Source: Macrostomum hystrix
Lineage: Eukaryota > Animalia > Platyhelminthes
DNA length: 64,000 bases
NCBI GenBank assembly: GCA_950097015.1
Contig: CATNEN010000011.1
Coordinates: 186,001 to 250,000 of the forward strand
Direction of reading: 5' to 3'
Part shown: positions 1 through 10,549 of the stretch, piece after piece
Numbering within the stretch: the stretch's first letter is position 1
Layout: every line of letters starts with the position of its first letter
Notes under the pieces: model-generated
Seen by the model: only the letters and a program-made list of their open reading frames with translations
What the model was told of the DNA's origin: nothing
Databases searched by the model: none
Program-made: the position numbers and the translations under genes

Positions 1-310
1 CTACTGCATCAATTAAACGCAATGAAAATTTACAAAACCTCTGATGCAATCGATCGAGTTGATTGGATGTGTACAATTTCAGACTGATTCATGAAAGCGT
101 CTGCGGGTTATTCAAGGTTAAAGTGTGTTTCGTATCTCCGTAGTGTATTTTTTGGAGCCAGCTTGACATTCGCAGGCAGACACTTCTACTGCATCAATCG
201 CAATGAAAGTTTACAAAACCTCTGATGCAATCGAATTGATTGGATGTGTACAATTTCAGACTGATTCATGATAGCGTCTGCGGGTTATCAAGGTTAAAGT
301 GTGTTTCGTA
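1..310 (+). repeat. ~185-bp tandem repeat (about 1.7 units), window-truncated
   Basis: CTACTGCATC...CAAAACCTCTGATGCAATCG...AGACTGATTCATGA unit starts at 1 and again at 186; an inverted copy lies at 943-1130 and a partial copy at ~17343-17405. Confidence 0.8.
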
Positions 311-942
311 CTTTTTACTCTGGCGTGGTTGAGCATTGCACGCAAAGGGACTCGAGCAGTTGTAGCATATTTACCTGTCTGTACGGGCGCAGCATTATGC
401 TAGGCAAAAGCCTGGCGTTTCCGACGGATTTTTCACTACTGAGGAATGCGCGAGCGTACATCTGGAAGCTGGTAATCCAAAATTACTCCTTGACACCGCA
501 GGGATTGTCTGTCCCTATTGCGATCCAGCTTTCCGTGACGCAAGTTTTGTACACACGGCATATGAACACATATGAACACAGATATAATCTGCAGATGCGA
601 GTAGATTTGTGTTATACACATAAAAAGCAGCGTTTTCTCATTTCCTTTTTAGTGCTCACTTGTCTGGGATTCCACGAAGAAAGCACATGCATCGTATCAC
701 GTGGCTCATCGTACTTCTGTCGGAGCTGTCGATCATTATTCGAAAACTGAACTGAATCGATAGACATGCACACAACCTCTGTGCGCAGTCGTCGATCGAC
801 GTGGGTCGACCCACCTACCCTGGGACCCCACTCCATAAATTCTACTCAAAGTATATGACTTTTCTACCTTTCCATGCCAGCTCTAGAAATCCTGGTTTGG
901 GACGGGACCCGGCCGTCCCTCGTGGGACTGTGACAATTATTC

Positions 943-1130
943 ATGCAGTAGAAGTGTCTGCCTGCGAATATCAATTAAGCTGGCTCCCAAAACTACACTA
1001 CAGAGATACGAAACACACTTTAACCTTGAATAATCCGCAGACGCTTTCATGAATCAGTCTGAAATTGCACACATCTAATCAACTCGATTGCATCAGAAGT
1101 TTTGTAAATTTTCATCGCGATTGATGCAGT
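943..1130 (-). repeat. Inverted copy of the 185-bp unit
   Basis: ATGCAGTAGAAGTGTCTGCC...GATTGATGCAGT is the reverse complement of the unit at 1-195. Confidence 0.8.
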
Positions 1131-1284
1131 GTCTTTTTGAAAGTACAAGAAAATACCCTGCGGAGATAGGAACAATCTTCAAAGCAGTGTAATTCTATTA
1201 TGTATTGACAAAAATAAATTATATTTATTTTGGAACGTTATTTTAGTTGCATCAGAAGATCTGTTAAGTTTCGCTGTAATTGAT

Positions 1285-2260
1285 CACCCGACGGCAGAGG
1301 TCTAGACGGGGAAAAAGCTTAAAATATCTCCCGTCTAGCCTGGAAAAAGCTCGTCTGTTAAGCTTTCTTCTATGGACTAGACCGGAAAAAGCTCATCTGT
1401 TTTAACTAACTAGTACTTCAATGCAGCAAGGCTAGAAATTAAGCGATTTATTGTGTTTTGTTTAACCTGTTAAAAATCCTAAATTTTGAAATACGACTTT
1501 GTTTTAAAGTGCTGTTTGAATAAAAACGAATTTAAAATTCATCAGCACGGGGCTGGCACTGGTATATGATTCATTATCAGGTTTGATGTTACTTGCAGAA
1601 TTTACAAGCTAGTCAGTTGCTTTAAAGCTATACATAGATGTGACTTACATTGTATGGTGAAGTTGAAGATTGCTTTTTGTCGAATATGAATTTTCTTGTA
1701 ATGTAACAGTAAAGCCACTATATTACTACTTGCTAGATTAGAAAGTTGTAGTAACAGGTTACAGGAATTAACTATTAACTCAGGTTCTTTAGCTTTATGG
1801 GCTTTTTCTGATGTGAAACTTTTGTTAAGTAGAAATCAAGCTAGGCTATGCCTAGGCACGATATATTTTCTAAACATTTGATCTATTTATCCAATAATGT
1901 GCTGATAAAAACTGCATAGTTAGAACCTTTTGTTATTATTAATGCTAGTTTATATATATAAATGCTAGCTGTCCAGTCCTCTTAGTTACCCAGCCCTCTA
2001 AGCATTTGATCTATTTATCCAATAATGGGCTGATAAATACTGCTTAGTTATAGCTTTTTTGTTATTATATATGCTAGTTAGTAGTTTAATATAGGCACTC
2101 ATTTGCATGGAGAAAATTTATTGAATTGTTCTAAAATACCAAATAGCTTTTTATGTTATGATCTAGTCATATTTGTTAATTTAGAGACATTATCTATTTT
2201 AGTATTAAAATACATTTTGCAATATAAAGTATAACATATATATACCATATATATCCTGTC
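1285..2260 (+). repeat. Left terminal inverted repeat (unique part)
   Basis: Reverse complement of ~16060-16927. Outer ~590 bp shows only a few mismatches; inner part is more diverged and has an internal duplication (~1874-1960 vs ~2003-2080) absent from the right TIR. Confidence 0.9.
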
Positions 2261-2261
2261 C

Positions 2262-3130
2262 TCCTAGCTACCCAGCCCTCTAGTCCTAGATATCCTGCCC
2301 CTAGCTGTCCAGTCCTAGCTAACAATCTTGCCCCCCTAGCTGGCCAGTCCTAGCTAGCTATCCTGCCCCCTAGATGTCCAGTCCTAGCTAGCTATCCTGC
2401 CCCCCCCTAGCTAGCTATCCTGCCCCCCCTAGCTAGCTATCCTGCCCCCTAGCTGTCCAGTCCTAGCTTGCTTTCCTGCCCACTTAGCTTGCCAGTCCTA
2501 GCTAGCAGTCTTGCCCCCCCTAGCTGGCCAGTCCTAGCTAGCTATCCTGCCCCCTAGCTGTCCAGTCCTAGCTAGCAGTCTTGCCCCCCCCCTAGCTGTC
2601 CAGTCCTAGCTAGCAATCTTGTCCCCCCTAGCTGGCCAGTCCTAGCTAGCTATCCTGCCCCCTAGCTGTCCAGTCCTAGCTAGCAGTCTTGCCCCCCCTA
2701 GCTGTCCAGTCCTAGCTAGCAATCTTGTCCCCCCTAGCTGGCCAGTCCTAGCTAGCTATCCTGCCACCCCTAGCTAGCTATCCTGCCCCCTAGCTGTCCA
2801 GTCCTAGCTAGCCATTTTGCCCCCCCCCCTAGCTGGCCAGTCCTAGCTAGCTATCCTGCCCCCCTAGCTAGCTATCCTGCCCCCTAGCTGTCCAGTCCTA
2901 GCTAGCCATCTTGCCCCCCCCCTAGCTGGCCAGTCCTAGCTCGCTGTCCTGCCCCCCCTAGCTAGCTATCCTGCCCCCCTAGCTGTCCAGTCCTAGCTAG
3001 CCATCTTGCCCCCCCCTAGCTGGCCAGTCCTAGCTAGCTATCCTGCCCCCCTAGCTAGCTATCCTGCCCCCCCCTAGCTAGCTATCCTGCCCCCCTAGCT
3101 ATCCTTTCCCCATAGCTGTCTAGTCCTACG
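2262..3130 (+). repeat. Left subterminal CTAG-rich satellite array
   Basis: Modules CTAGCTGTCCAGTC and CTAGCTAGCTATCCTGCCCC(C)n in irregular tandem order. Confidence 0.92.
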
Positions 3131-3338
3131 CCACCTTCCTTTCCTCCCAGCTACGCTGCCTCCTTGCTCTCTAGTCCTTTCAGCTATCCTGCCAAGTACC
3201 CTGTACTTCATTCGATTCCTTATCCTTTTGCTTTCTTATCTTATTTATCAGTCCTAGCTCTGCAGTACCTTTTAATTCTGCAACCTGTTTTGTTATTAGT
3301 ATCTGTAACCTGCTGGTTTTTCGTTTTAACTTTTGCAG

Positions 3339-6221
3339 ATGGTTCACACTGCGTATTCATCCTTTTTGCAGGAAAATAAACGATTCGGTAAGATAGTATT
3401 CTTCATTGTATGTGCTTTCTTAATCCTTTTTAATTGTGTAAGTAATATAAGAATAAGTTCATGCATTTTTTTCATTTTTTTCTTGAAACGGATGTGTATA
3501 TGTACATGTTTAATGATGTGATTTTAGTTATTTAGCATATCCATGAAGCTGACAAGTCGTTTATACTGTAGCTAATTGCTCAATTTTTTTAATTGGTTGT
3601 TATAAAGCAAAATCCCGAATGTACAGTAAAGGTAATAAAGGTGCATGATATATTTATACTGTTACTTTTCTATTTTCAGATCAACAGAAGGAGTTGGCAG
3701 CCAGATTCAAGTCTCTCTGTGGCTCGGAAAGACAGCGGCTCGCTGCAAAGGCAGCACAGACTGCCCCCAAGCTCTCAACGATAGAGAAAATGGTAAACTG
3801 CATTTTTTTGCTTGGCGGACTCACTTTTTATCGCTACCACACCTTTTTAATTTGCTATCACACCTATCGAAAAGTTTAGCTTCGCAAGGACCCATCGTGG
3901 AGATTTTTTTTAATTGTGGCCCGTCAGGATAAGCCACCATACTTTTCATGCAGCCCAGAAGATGTAGAACTTCATCCATTGGCGCGGCAAGTGTCAGAGG
4001 TATGAGCCACGTCTCATTGGTTAATGACCTACGCTTACTCTTGATTAATTAATAATGCTCTGTTTAAAACTATTTTTAGAAGCTTATCGGCCATTTGAAA
4101 AATCCGCCTAAAAAAGCATAATGGGTTTGAGAAAGGCCCTTCGCAAGCAGGCTCAGGATGCATATAGTAAGTTATTTTTCTCTAGCTGGTTTTTGGGCAT
4201 ATACAGATCCTAGAGAAGATCAAATTTATTTTAGCGTTCAATGTGGCTATGAATAATCTTATTGGTAATTAAGATGTGTCAGCAGTAAGATTGTAATAGG
4301 AAACTACTTTTATTAGGGATTATATTATAGTTAAATAGACAAAACGTGACAAAAGTTGCCACATTTTTTGGATTGTTAACATTTTAGATGCAGCAGGGTT
4401 TCATGGCCGCGTCCAATGGAAGAAGTTGCCTATAATTGGCCAATTCGAACCATGGTTATGCGATCCTACATGGATGACAATGGAGTCTATTAAAGCGGCA
4501 CTTTCGAGCCCTATCGTATTCCATCCATCAAGATCAGGTCTTAGTTTTAGTTCTTACTTCTTACTTAGCTAAACTTACTTACTTACTAACTAAACTAAAC
4601 TAAACTAAACTAAACTAAACTAAACTAACTAATAAACTAAACTTACTTCTTAGTTTAGCGCACAATATGAAGTTATTTCGTTATTTACACTGCTTTACTT
4701 TACCGATTTATACGATAAAGGTGATTTTAATTAGTGCAGAGAAGTTTGAGTGCTTTGAAATATCGTCTAGCTGTTTCCGTTTATTCACTGACTGATTTAT
4801 CCTTATTTTAAAATCATGACTCAATTTAAACTAGCCGTTTTGTTTAATTTCTTTATTTCTCTCCAGTTCCAATCGACGTAAGCGAACCCGAAGGCAACGA
4901 AGACCATATCGACCAATCAGAAGACCTTGACTGGCCGAGCTCCGGCGGTCCGCACTTCGGTGTGCCGAGCTCCAGTGGGCCTAGAGGCGGTGGGCCTAGT
5001 GGCGGCGGGCCGAACTCCAGCGGGCCTAGAAGCGGTGGGCCGAACTCCAGCGGGCCTAGAAGCGGTGGGCCTAGTGGCGGCGGGCCGAACTCCAGCGGGC
5101 CTAGAGGCGGTGGGCCTAGTGGCGGCGGGCCGAACTCCAGCGGGCCTAGAAGCGGTGGGCCGAACTCCAGCGGGCCTAGAAGCGGCGGGCCGAACTCCAG
5201 CGGGCCTAGAAGCGGCGGGCCGAACTCCAGCGGGCCTAGAGGCGGTGGGCCTAGTGGCGTCGGGCCGAACTCCAGCGGGCCTAGAGGCGGCGGGCCGAAC
5301 TCCAGCGGGCCTAGAGGCGGCGGGCCGAACTCCAGCGGGCCTAGAAGCGGTGGGCCTAGTGGCGGCGGGCCGAACTCCAGCGGGCCTAGAAGCGGTGGGC
5401 CTAGTGGCGGCGGGCCGAACTCCAGCGGGCCTAGAGGCGGTGGGCCTAGTGGCGGCGGGCCGAACTCCAGCGGGCCTAGAAGCGGTGGGCCGAACTCCAG
5501 CGGGCCTAGAAGCGGCGGGCCGAACTCCAGCGGGCCTAGAAGCGGCGGGCCGAACTCCAGCGGGCCTAGAGGCGGTGGGCCTAGTGGCGTCGGGCCGAAC
5601 TCCAGCGGGCCTAGAGGCGGCGGGCCGAACTCCAGCGGGCCTAGAGGCGGCGGGCCGAACTCCAGCGGGCCTAGAAGCGGTGGGCCTAGTGGCGGCGGGC
5701 CGAACTCCAGCGGGCCTAGAGGCGGTGGGCCTAGTGGCGTCGGGCCGAACTCCAGCGGGCCTAGAGGCGGCGGGCCGAACTCCAGCGGGCCTAGAGGCGG
5801 CGGGCCGAACTCCAGCGGGCCTAGAAGCGGTGGGCCTAGTGGCGGCGGGCCGAACTCCAGCGGGCCTAGAAGCGGTGGGCCTAGTGGCGGCGGGCCGAAC
5901 TCCAGCGGGCCTAGAGGCGGTGGGCCTAGTGGCGGCGGGCCGAACTCCAGCGGGCCTAAAAGCGGTGGGCCGAACTCCAGCGGGCCTAGAAGCGGCGGGC
6001 CGAACTCCAGCGGGCCTAGAAGCGGCGGGCCGAACTCCAGCGGGCCTGAAAGCGGTGGGCCGAACTCCGGTGGACCAGGAAGCGGCGGGCCTAGAGGCGG
6101 CGGGCCGAACTCCAGCGGGCCTAGAAGCGGCGGGCCTGAAAGCGGTGGGCCGACAAGGGATGGGGATTTAGCTAATAATGTTTTGTATGAAGATGGAGAA
6201 CTTTTTGTTCTTGCTGATTAA
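3339..6221 (+). CDS. Six-exon transposon gene: HMG-box-like N-terminus plus ~400-aa Gly/Ser/Pro repeat tail
   Basis: GT-AG exons 3339-3387, 3680-3792, 3928-3999, 4080-~4166, 4388-4537, 4867-6221 with matching phases. N-terminus [41 protein letters not shown] resembles HMG helices. One extra A is needed in the A6 run at 4110-4115 to keep exon 4 open. Confidence 0.62.
4575..4650 (+). repeat. (TAAAC)n / (TTAC)n microsatellite in intron
   Basis: ACTAAACTAAACTAAAC run seen directly. Confidence 0.8.
4965..6150 (+). repeat. Coding minisatellite of 30-bp ([11 protein letters not shown]) and 15-bp (GGPSG) units
   Basis: CGAACTCCAGCGGGCCTAGA repeated; the GGCGTC variant recurs at ~5258, ~5588 and ~5738, implying higher-order duplications; frame preserved throughout. 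Confidence 0.95.
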
Positions 6222-8509
6222 TTATGCTTCTTAACATGGCGCGCAGCACAAAGTTATTTCGCAATATATATTTTACTGCAAAGTAGTTTGAGTGCTTTGA
6301 AACATGGTCTTGCTGTTTTGTATTAGATAATTTGTGATTTGATGATTTGTACGAGCTATGTAGAACTTTTTGTTTTTACTGATTAATTTTGCTCGTTTCG
6401 GGTGGGTGCGGTGGGTGGTAATTGAGGGTGGGTGCCGGGTCCCCTCAGTCCATGGACTGAACAGCCGTTCGCAGCCTTCAGGTGCGCCGCGCAGTAGCTG
6501 CCAGCTGTGCTGTCGGATGCACATGTGGCAAGATTGGGACAGGCGTAATCGATTATTATTAAAAATATTATTATCATCGTAGTGCGAGTGCACACAAAGT
6601 CTTGCACTTTTGAATCCACCACCAAAAATTAAAACGGCAATATTGTTTTCGTGACCTAGACAAGGCACGCAATTTATGTTATCAATGTTTGAACAGAATG
6701 TGCAGCTGAAGAGAATTAAAAAAATGCTTCCTGTTTTCCACTTCTTTCAAGTACAAACTAAAAAACTGTCGAGGCAGATTGAGAGGCGGCGGATAGCAGT
6801 ACATGTGCCACGGATGGTCGTATGCGACCGGCCAAATTGTCGACCAACTGCACGGATCGTAAACGAGTATACTGGGCAGCGGCAGCTTTAATAATCCAAC
6901 TCTCCCTCACCCCAACCAAAGGCTTAGCACCTTGCGCGTTGTGCGAATTGCGCAAGTTACAATACTGCGGAGAGGGAAATGGATCACTAGTTGGGATGAG
7001 TGAGTTATTCAGGGTGGACACGCGCAGGTTTCAATTGCGCAAGTTGTGATAGGAGGGAGAAATTGCTCACTTGCTCATGTGAACACTTTTCAATGTCCAA
7101 TAGTGTAACACTGACAATATCAAAGCGTAGCTTTTAACAGATATTAAGGGATAACTCTGATATCATAGCCTAGCACTGGTAGTAGGTTAGTTTTAGGGTA
7201 GATTGTACAGATTCGATTTTAGGATATTGGGATTTAGGGAAGTGCTTAGAAGATAAAAACATTTACGTGGGGAACTTTTAGTGACAATCGTATACTAAAA
7301 TAGTTGCTTACAAAAATAGTAGGGGCATTAAAACAGTAAACGCTTATTCTTCCTTTTAATAATATACTTTATCGATACTCACGGCTGCATCTTATTCGTC
7401 CGTCCGTTATTTATAAGATCGGAGGTTTTGTCTGCACATCTGTTCTCGAGATGTCGGTTTTCGAGCAGTCAGATTTTTTTACATTTTCCATGAAATTAGG
7501 TAAAGAGAAGGTAAATTCCTAAGGTGAGTTCTGTACCGCTGGCTTAGCCGACCAACACCTAGAATCATGCTGATGATGCGTTCCTTGATACACAAACAAC
7601 CATGAGCTGTAAACTTTGGCACGAGGACCATTAGTAAAAGGGATGTTACACTACTCATAAGCATAAAAGGATATGAAAAAATGAAATGCCGCCTTCGGCA
7701 AAACCGGGCGACCAGACTTGGGGTAAACCCCGAACCCGGAACCCGACCCGGACCCAAAAACCGACCCGACCCCGAACTTTACCCGACTATCTCCTGGACT
7801 TGGAGTGATGGCTAAGAAGAGTACTTGTCTTAAAATACCGCCTTTTCCTTTTTCTACTTTTCTATTGTTAACTCTTCTCCCCCACTATCACTACACTACT
7901 CGACTCCTCGGACAGTCGTACTCTTCACTTTACCCTCTACTCCTGAAAGCCTCAGGCAGGTTTGTATGTTAAAAATTCAGATTTAAGTTGCTGACGTGGG
8001 ATTACATAGCTAACGAAGTAAAAAGAAAACATAATTAAAGACCATTTAAAGACATAATGCAGAATTAGGATGAGCTGTTTAGACTTTAGAAATATGTATA
8101 TCTATATGTATGTATTATAATTCAAGGCCTAAAATTCGTAGAATGATTTATATACATTAGAATGACTAAGGCATCACGATTATTAATTCATTAGTGCAGT
8201 GCAAATTACGCCAGTTCAGTTTAAGAAAAAAATATTTTTGAAATGGCGCGATTTCGAAAGACGCTTTATCACGTAATAAGGCAATACTTAAATAAAACTG
8301 ATAATAATAAAAACACCGGAAACCTGAACCCGGTACCAAAACCCGACCCGAAAACCCGAACCCGAACACCCAACCCCGAACCTCGAACCCGACCCGGACA
8401 TCTACACCCGAACCCGGTACCAAAACCAAGAGCAAGAAAACTGAGAAACTTCAATTCTAGACTTCATTTGCTTTCAAAGACTATAGTCTGAAGCTACATG
8501 TATACTGCA

Positions 8510-8890
8510 TACGAGGGGGTTAAAAAGTTTTGCCGTTGACTACTTTGAGAAGCCACTTCTACTCTTCGAGAAGAAGCTAAAAGTTTGGGGAATCAAAGGT
8601 TCGGATCCATGCACCCATGAAAGCTCGTCGAGAGGCATTTCTAGAAGGCAATGCGCATGACACTTGTTCTGCGACCGCACTGGACCCCTTACGATCGAGC
8701 TTATGCAGGAGCCTGACACAAGCATCAATTCTGATCGCTACATGTACATGTACTGAAGGATGCATGACATTCAAAACAAGCGTCACAGAGACACCAAGCC
8801 CTTCATTCTCCATCACGATAATGCAATAACACACACTGCTCAGAAGACCACTGAGGCTGTCACAAGGCTCAAACCTTCTGCCACACCCGC
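8510..8890 (+). pseudogene. Degraded Tc1/mariner fragment nested in the KDZ element
   Basis: TA-CGAGGGGGTTAAAAAGTT mariner-like end at 8510; FILHHDNAITHTAQKTTEAV matches the mariner HHDNAxxH catalytic motif; no second TIR found. Confidence 0.6.
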
Positions 8891-10549
8891 CATACTCGGC
8901 CAATTAGCTTTGCTCGACTGGCTCACTACAGTCTGCAGCAGCAAGCACCAGGACGCAGGTGTCGAGCGGCGCTTCGTGCCGCCCTTCCTGCGTTCCTCCC
9001 GTACATGTACTTTTGTGTCTCAACCCCTTGCCCAGTGTATTTGCAATTACCCCCACCAGCCCAATCCGGTTCTCCGGTTTGTCTGGCCCTCGGCTTAGCC
9101 AGGCAGGCCGCTGATTGGCTGCAAACACTTATTTTCTCGACGCTCTAATTCTCTTCTTCGCCTCTCGGCTCTACTGCAGCCTGCCCCAACCCCAACACCC
9201 AACTCGGGGTGGCTAAGCCCCACTCCTCCCCTTCTCACCTCCATGGATGCGAGGCTGGTGCGAGCCAATTTTGCGTCTGCCACCCCCTGGCAATGTCATT
9301 GGCTGGAGGGCGCAGCCCGGCCCCGCCCCTGCTCTGATTCTCTCGCCCCTCCCCGCCACTATTTATTTGTGCGCTCCGCTCGCCATGCCATAACGCGCTC
9401 TCGACCGCCCTACCCTGCTTAATTGCTCCGGAAAACTTGGTTTGACGCGCGGTCTCTTACTCCGACGAATCAAATCGATTACCTAAGATCAGATTTTGAC
9501 ACTTAGAAGAACCACACAGTGCATTGCGGTGAGCGCAGGCACAGAGCAGAGGATTGCCAATAATACTGAGCAGTCAGCGCGTGCACGACCTGCACTACTA
9601 GCCCGAGACGCGATTTATGAGCTCCCGGTAAGATTCGACTTTCCGCGTTTATTATTTCACCTGGTTGTTCTCATTGCTCGAGCGTCTTCGGTTATTTACG
9701 TTACGTTCGATGGAGTCCGAGTGGCCGTCTGCTCACTCGACACTTTTATTATCCGTTATTTCGATCATTATTGTCTGCAAAGTGTCCGTACGCCTCCAGG
9801 CTTTTGCTTACCCTAACACTCTGTAGTGCACAAGACCGACTGCAGGTGAGATGGCCAGGCAGATGCTGAGGTTCTGACCGCGCTGACCATTCACAGTCGC
9901 ATTGGTTCTGTCCGATTGAGATGTCCAACCCAGCAGAAATGGCAGAAATTGCTTGCAAACTTGCCTAACTAGCATGCAAAAAGGTACGGTATAGTCGAAC
10001 TCCACAGCTTAATTACAGTGAATGAGACTAGGCAAATATGCATTTACGTGTCAATTCCGATATTCATGGTAGATCGGCTACTGCTAGTAGTTAAGCAGAA
10101 TTATGAAAAAAACGAAGGCGCATTAACACTGCCTTTTAGGGTTTGACATTTGGTTTGTTGTTACTTTTTAGCAAAGTAACTGCGACCATATCCAATCAAT
10201 TTTCAAAATGGACGCGAATTCTCGCTTCTCTCGCCACTGTGGCATAAGAATTGTGCTCAAAGTAACAATTATTATTAACTAAATCGCAGCACTGAAAACA
10301 AAAGTAATAAAATAGCGCGCTAGTGAGTAGATTCACAAAGTTGTTTTGATGTAAATCCACAGTCAGCAAGAAATACAAGAAATACAATTTTCCGTATTAA
10401 GGAAGATTGTACTGCAACAATATAAATGGGAACTGTAGGAAGTAATTGTGCACACCAATAACACATCGAAAAAATTTCTTCTGTTGCAGTTAAATGAGTT
10501 AGAAAATAACAGAAAGAAAAAAACTTTTATCTTGCACGACACCGTAAAA

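Noticed and set aside
301-836. ORFs between the inverted 185-bp repeats, including a CPYC..F..H fragment
   Set aside because: Short, stop-interrupted, no recognisable family; at most a decayed remnant.
4388-4537. Chromodomain-like reading of RVQWKK...DPTW
   Set aside because: Spacing differs from chromodomains and the N-terminal aromatic strand is missing.
4927-6171. Alternative 414-aa ORF ([10 protein letters not shown] repeats)
   Set aside because: Shadow frame of the same minisatellite; only the 4962-6221 frame joins the upstream exons in phase.
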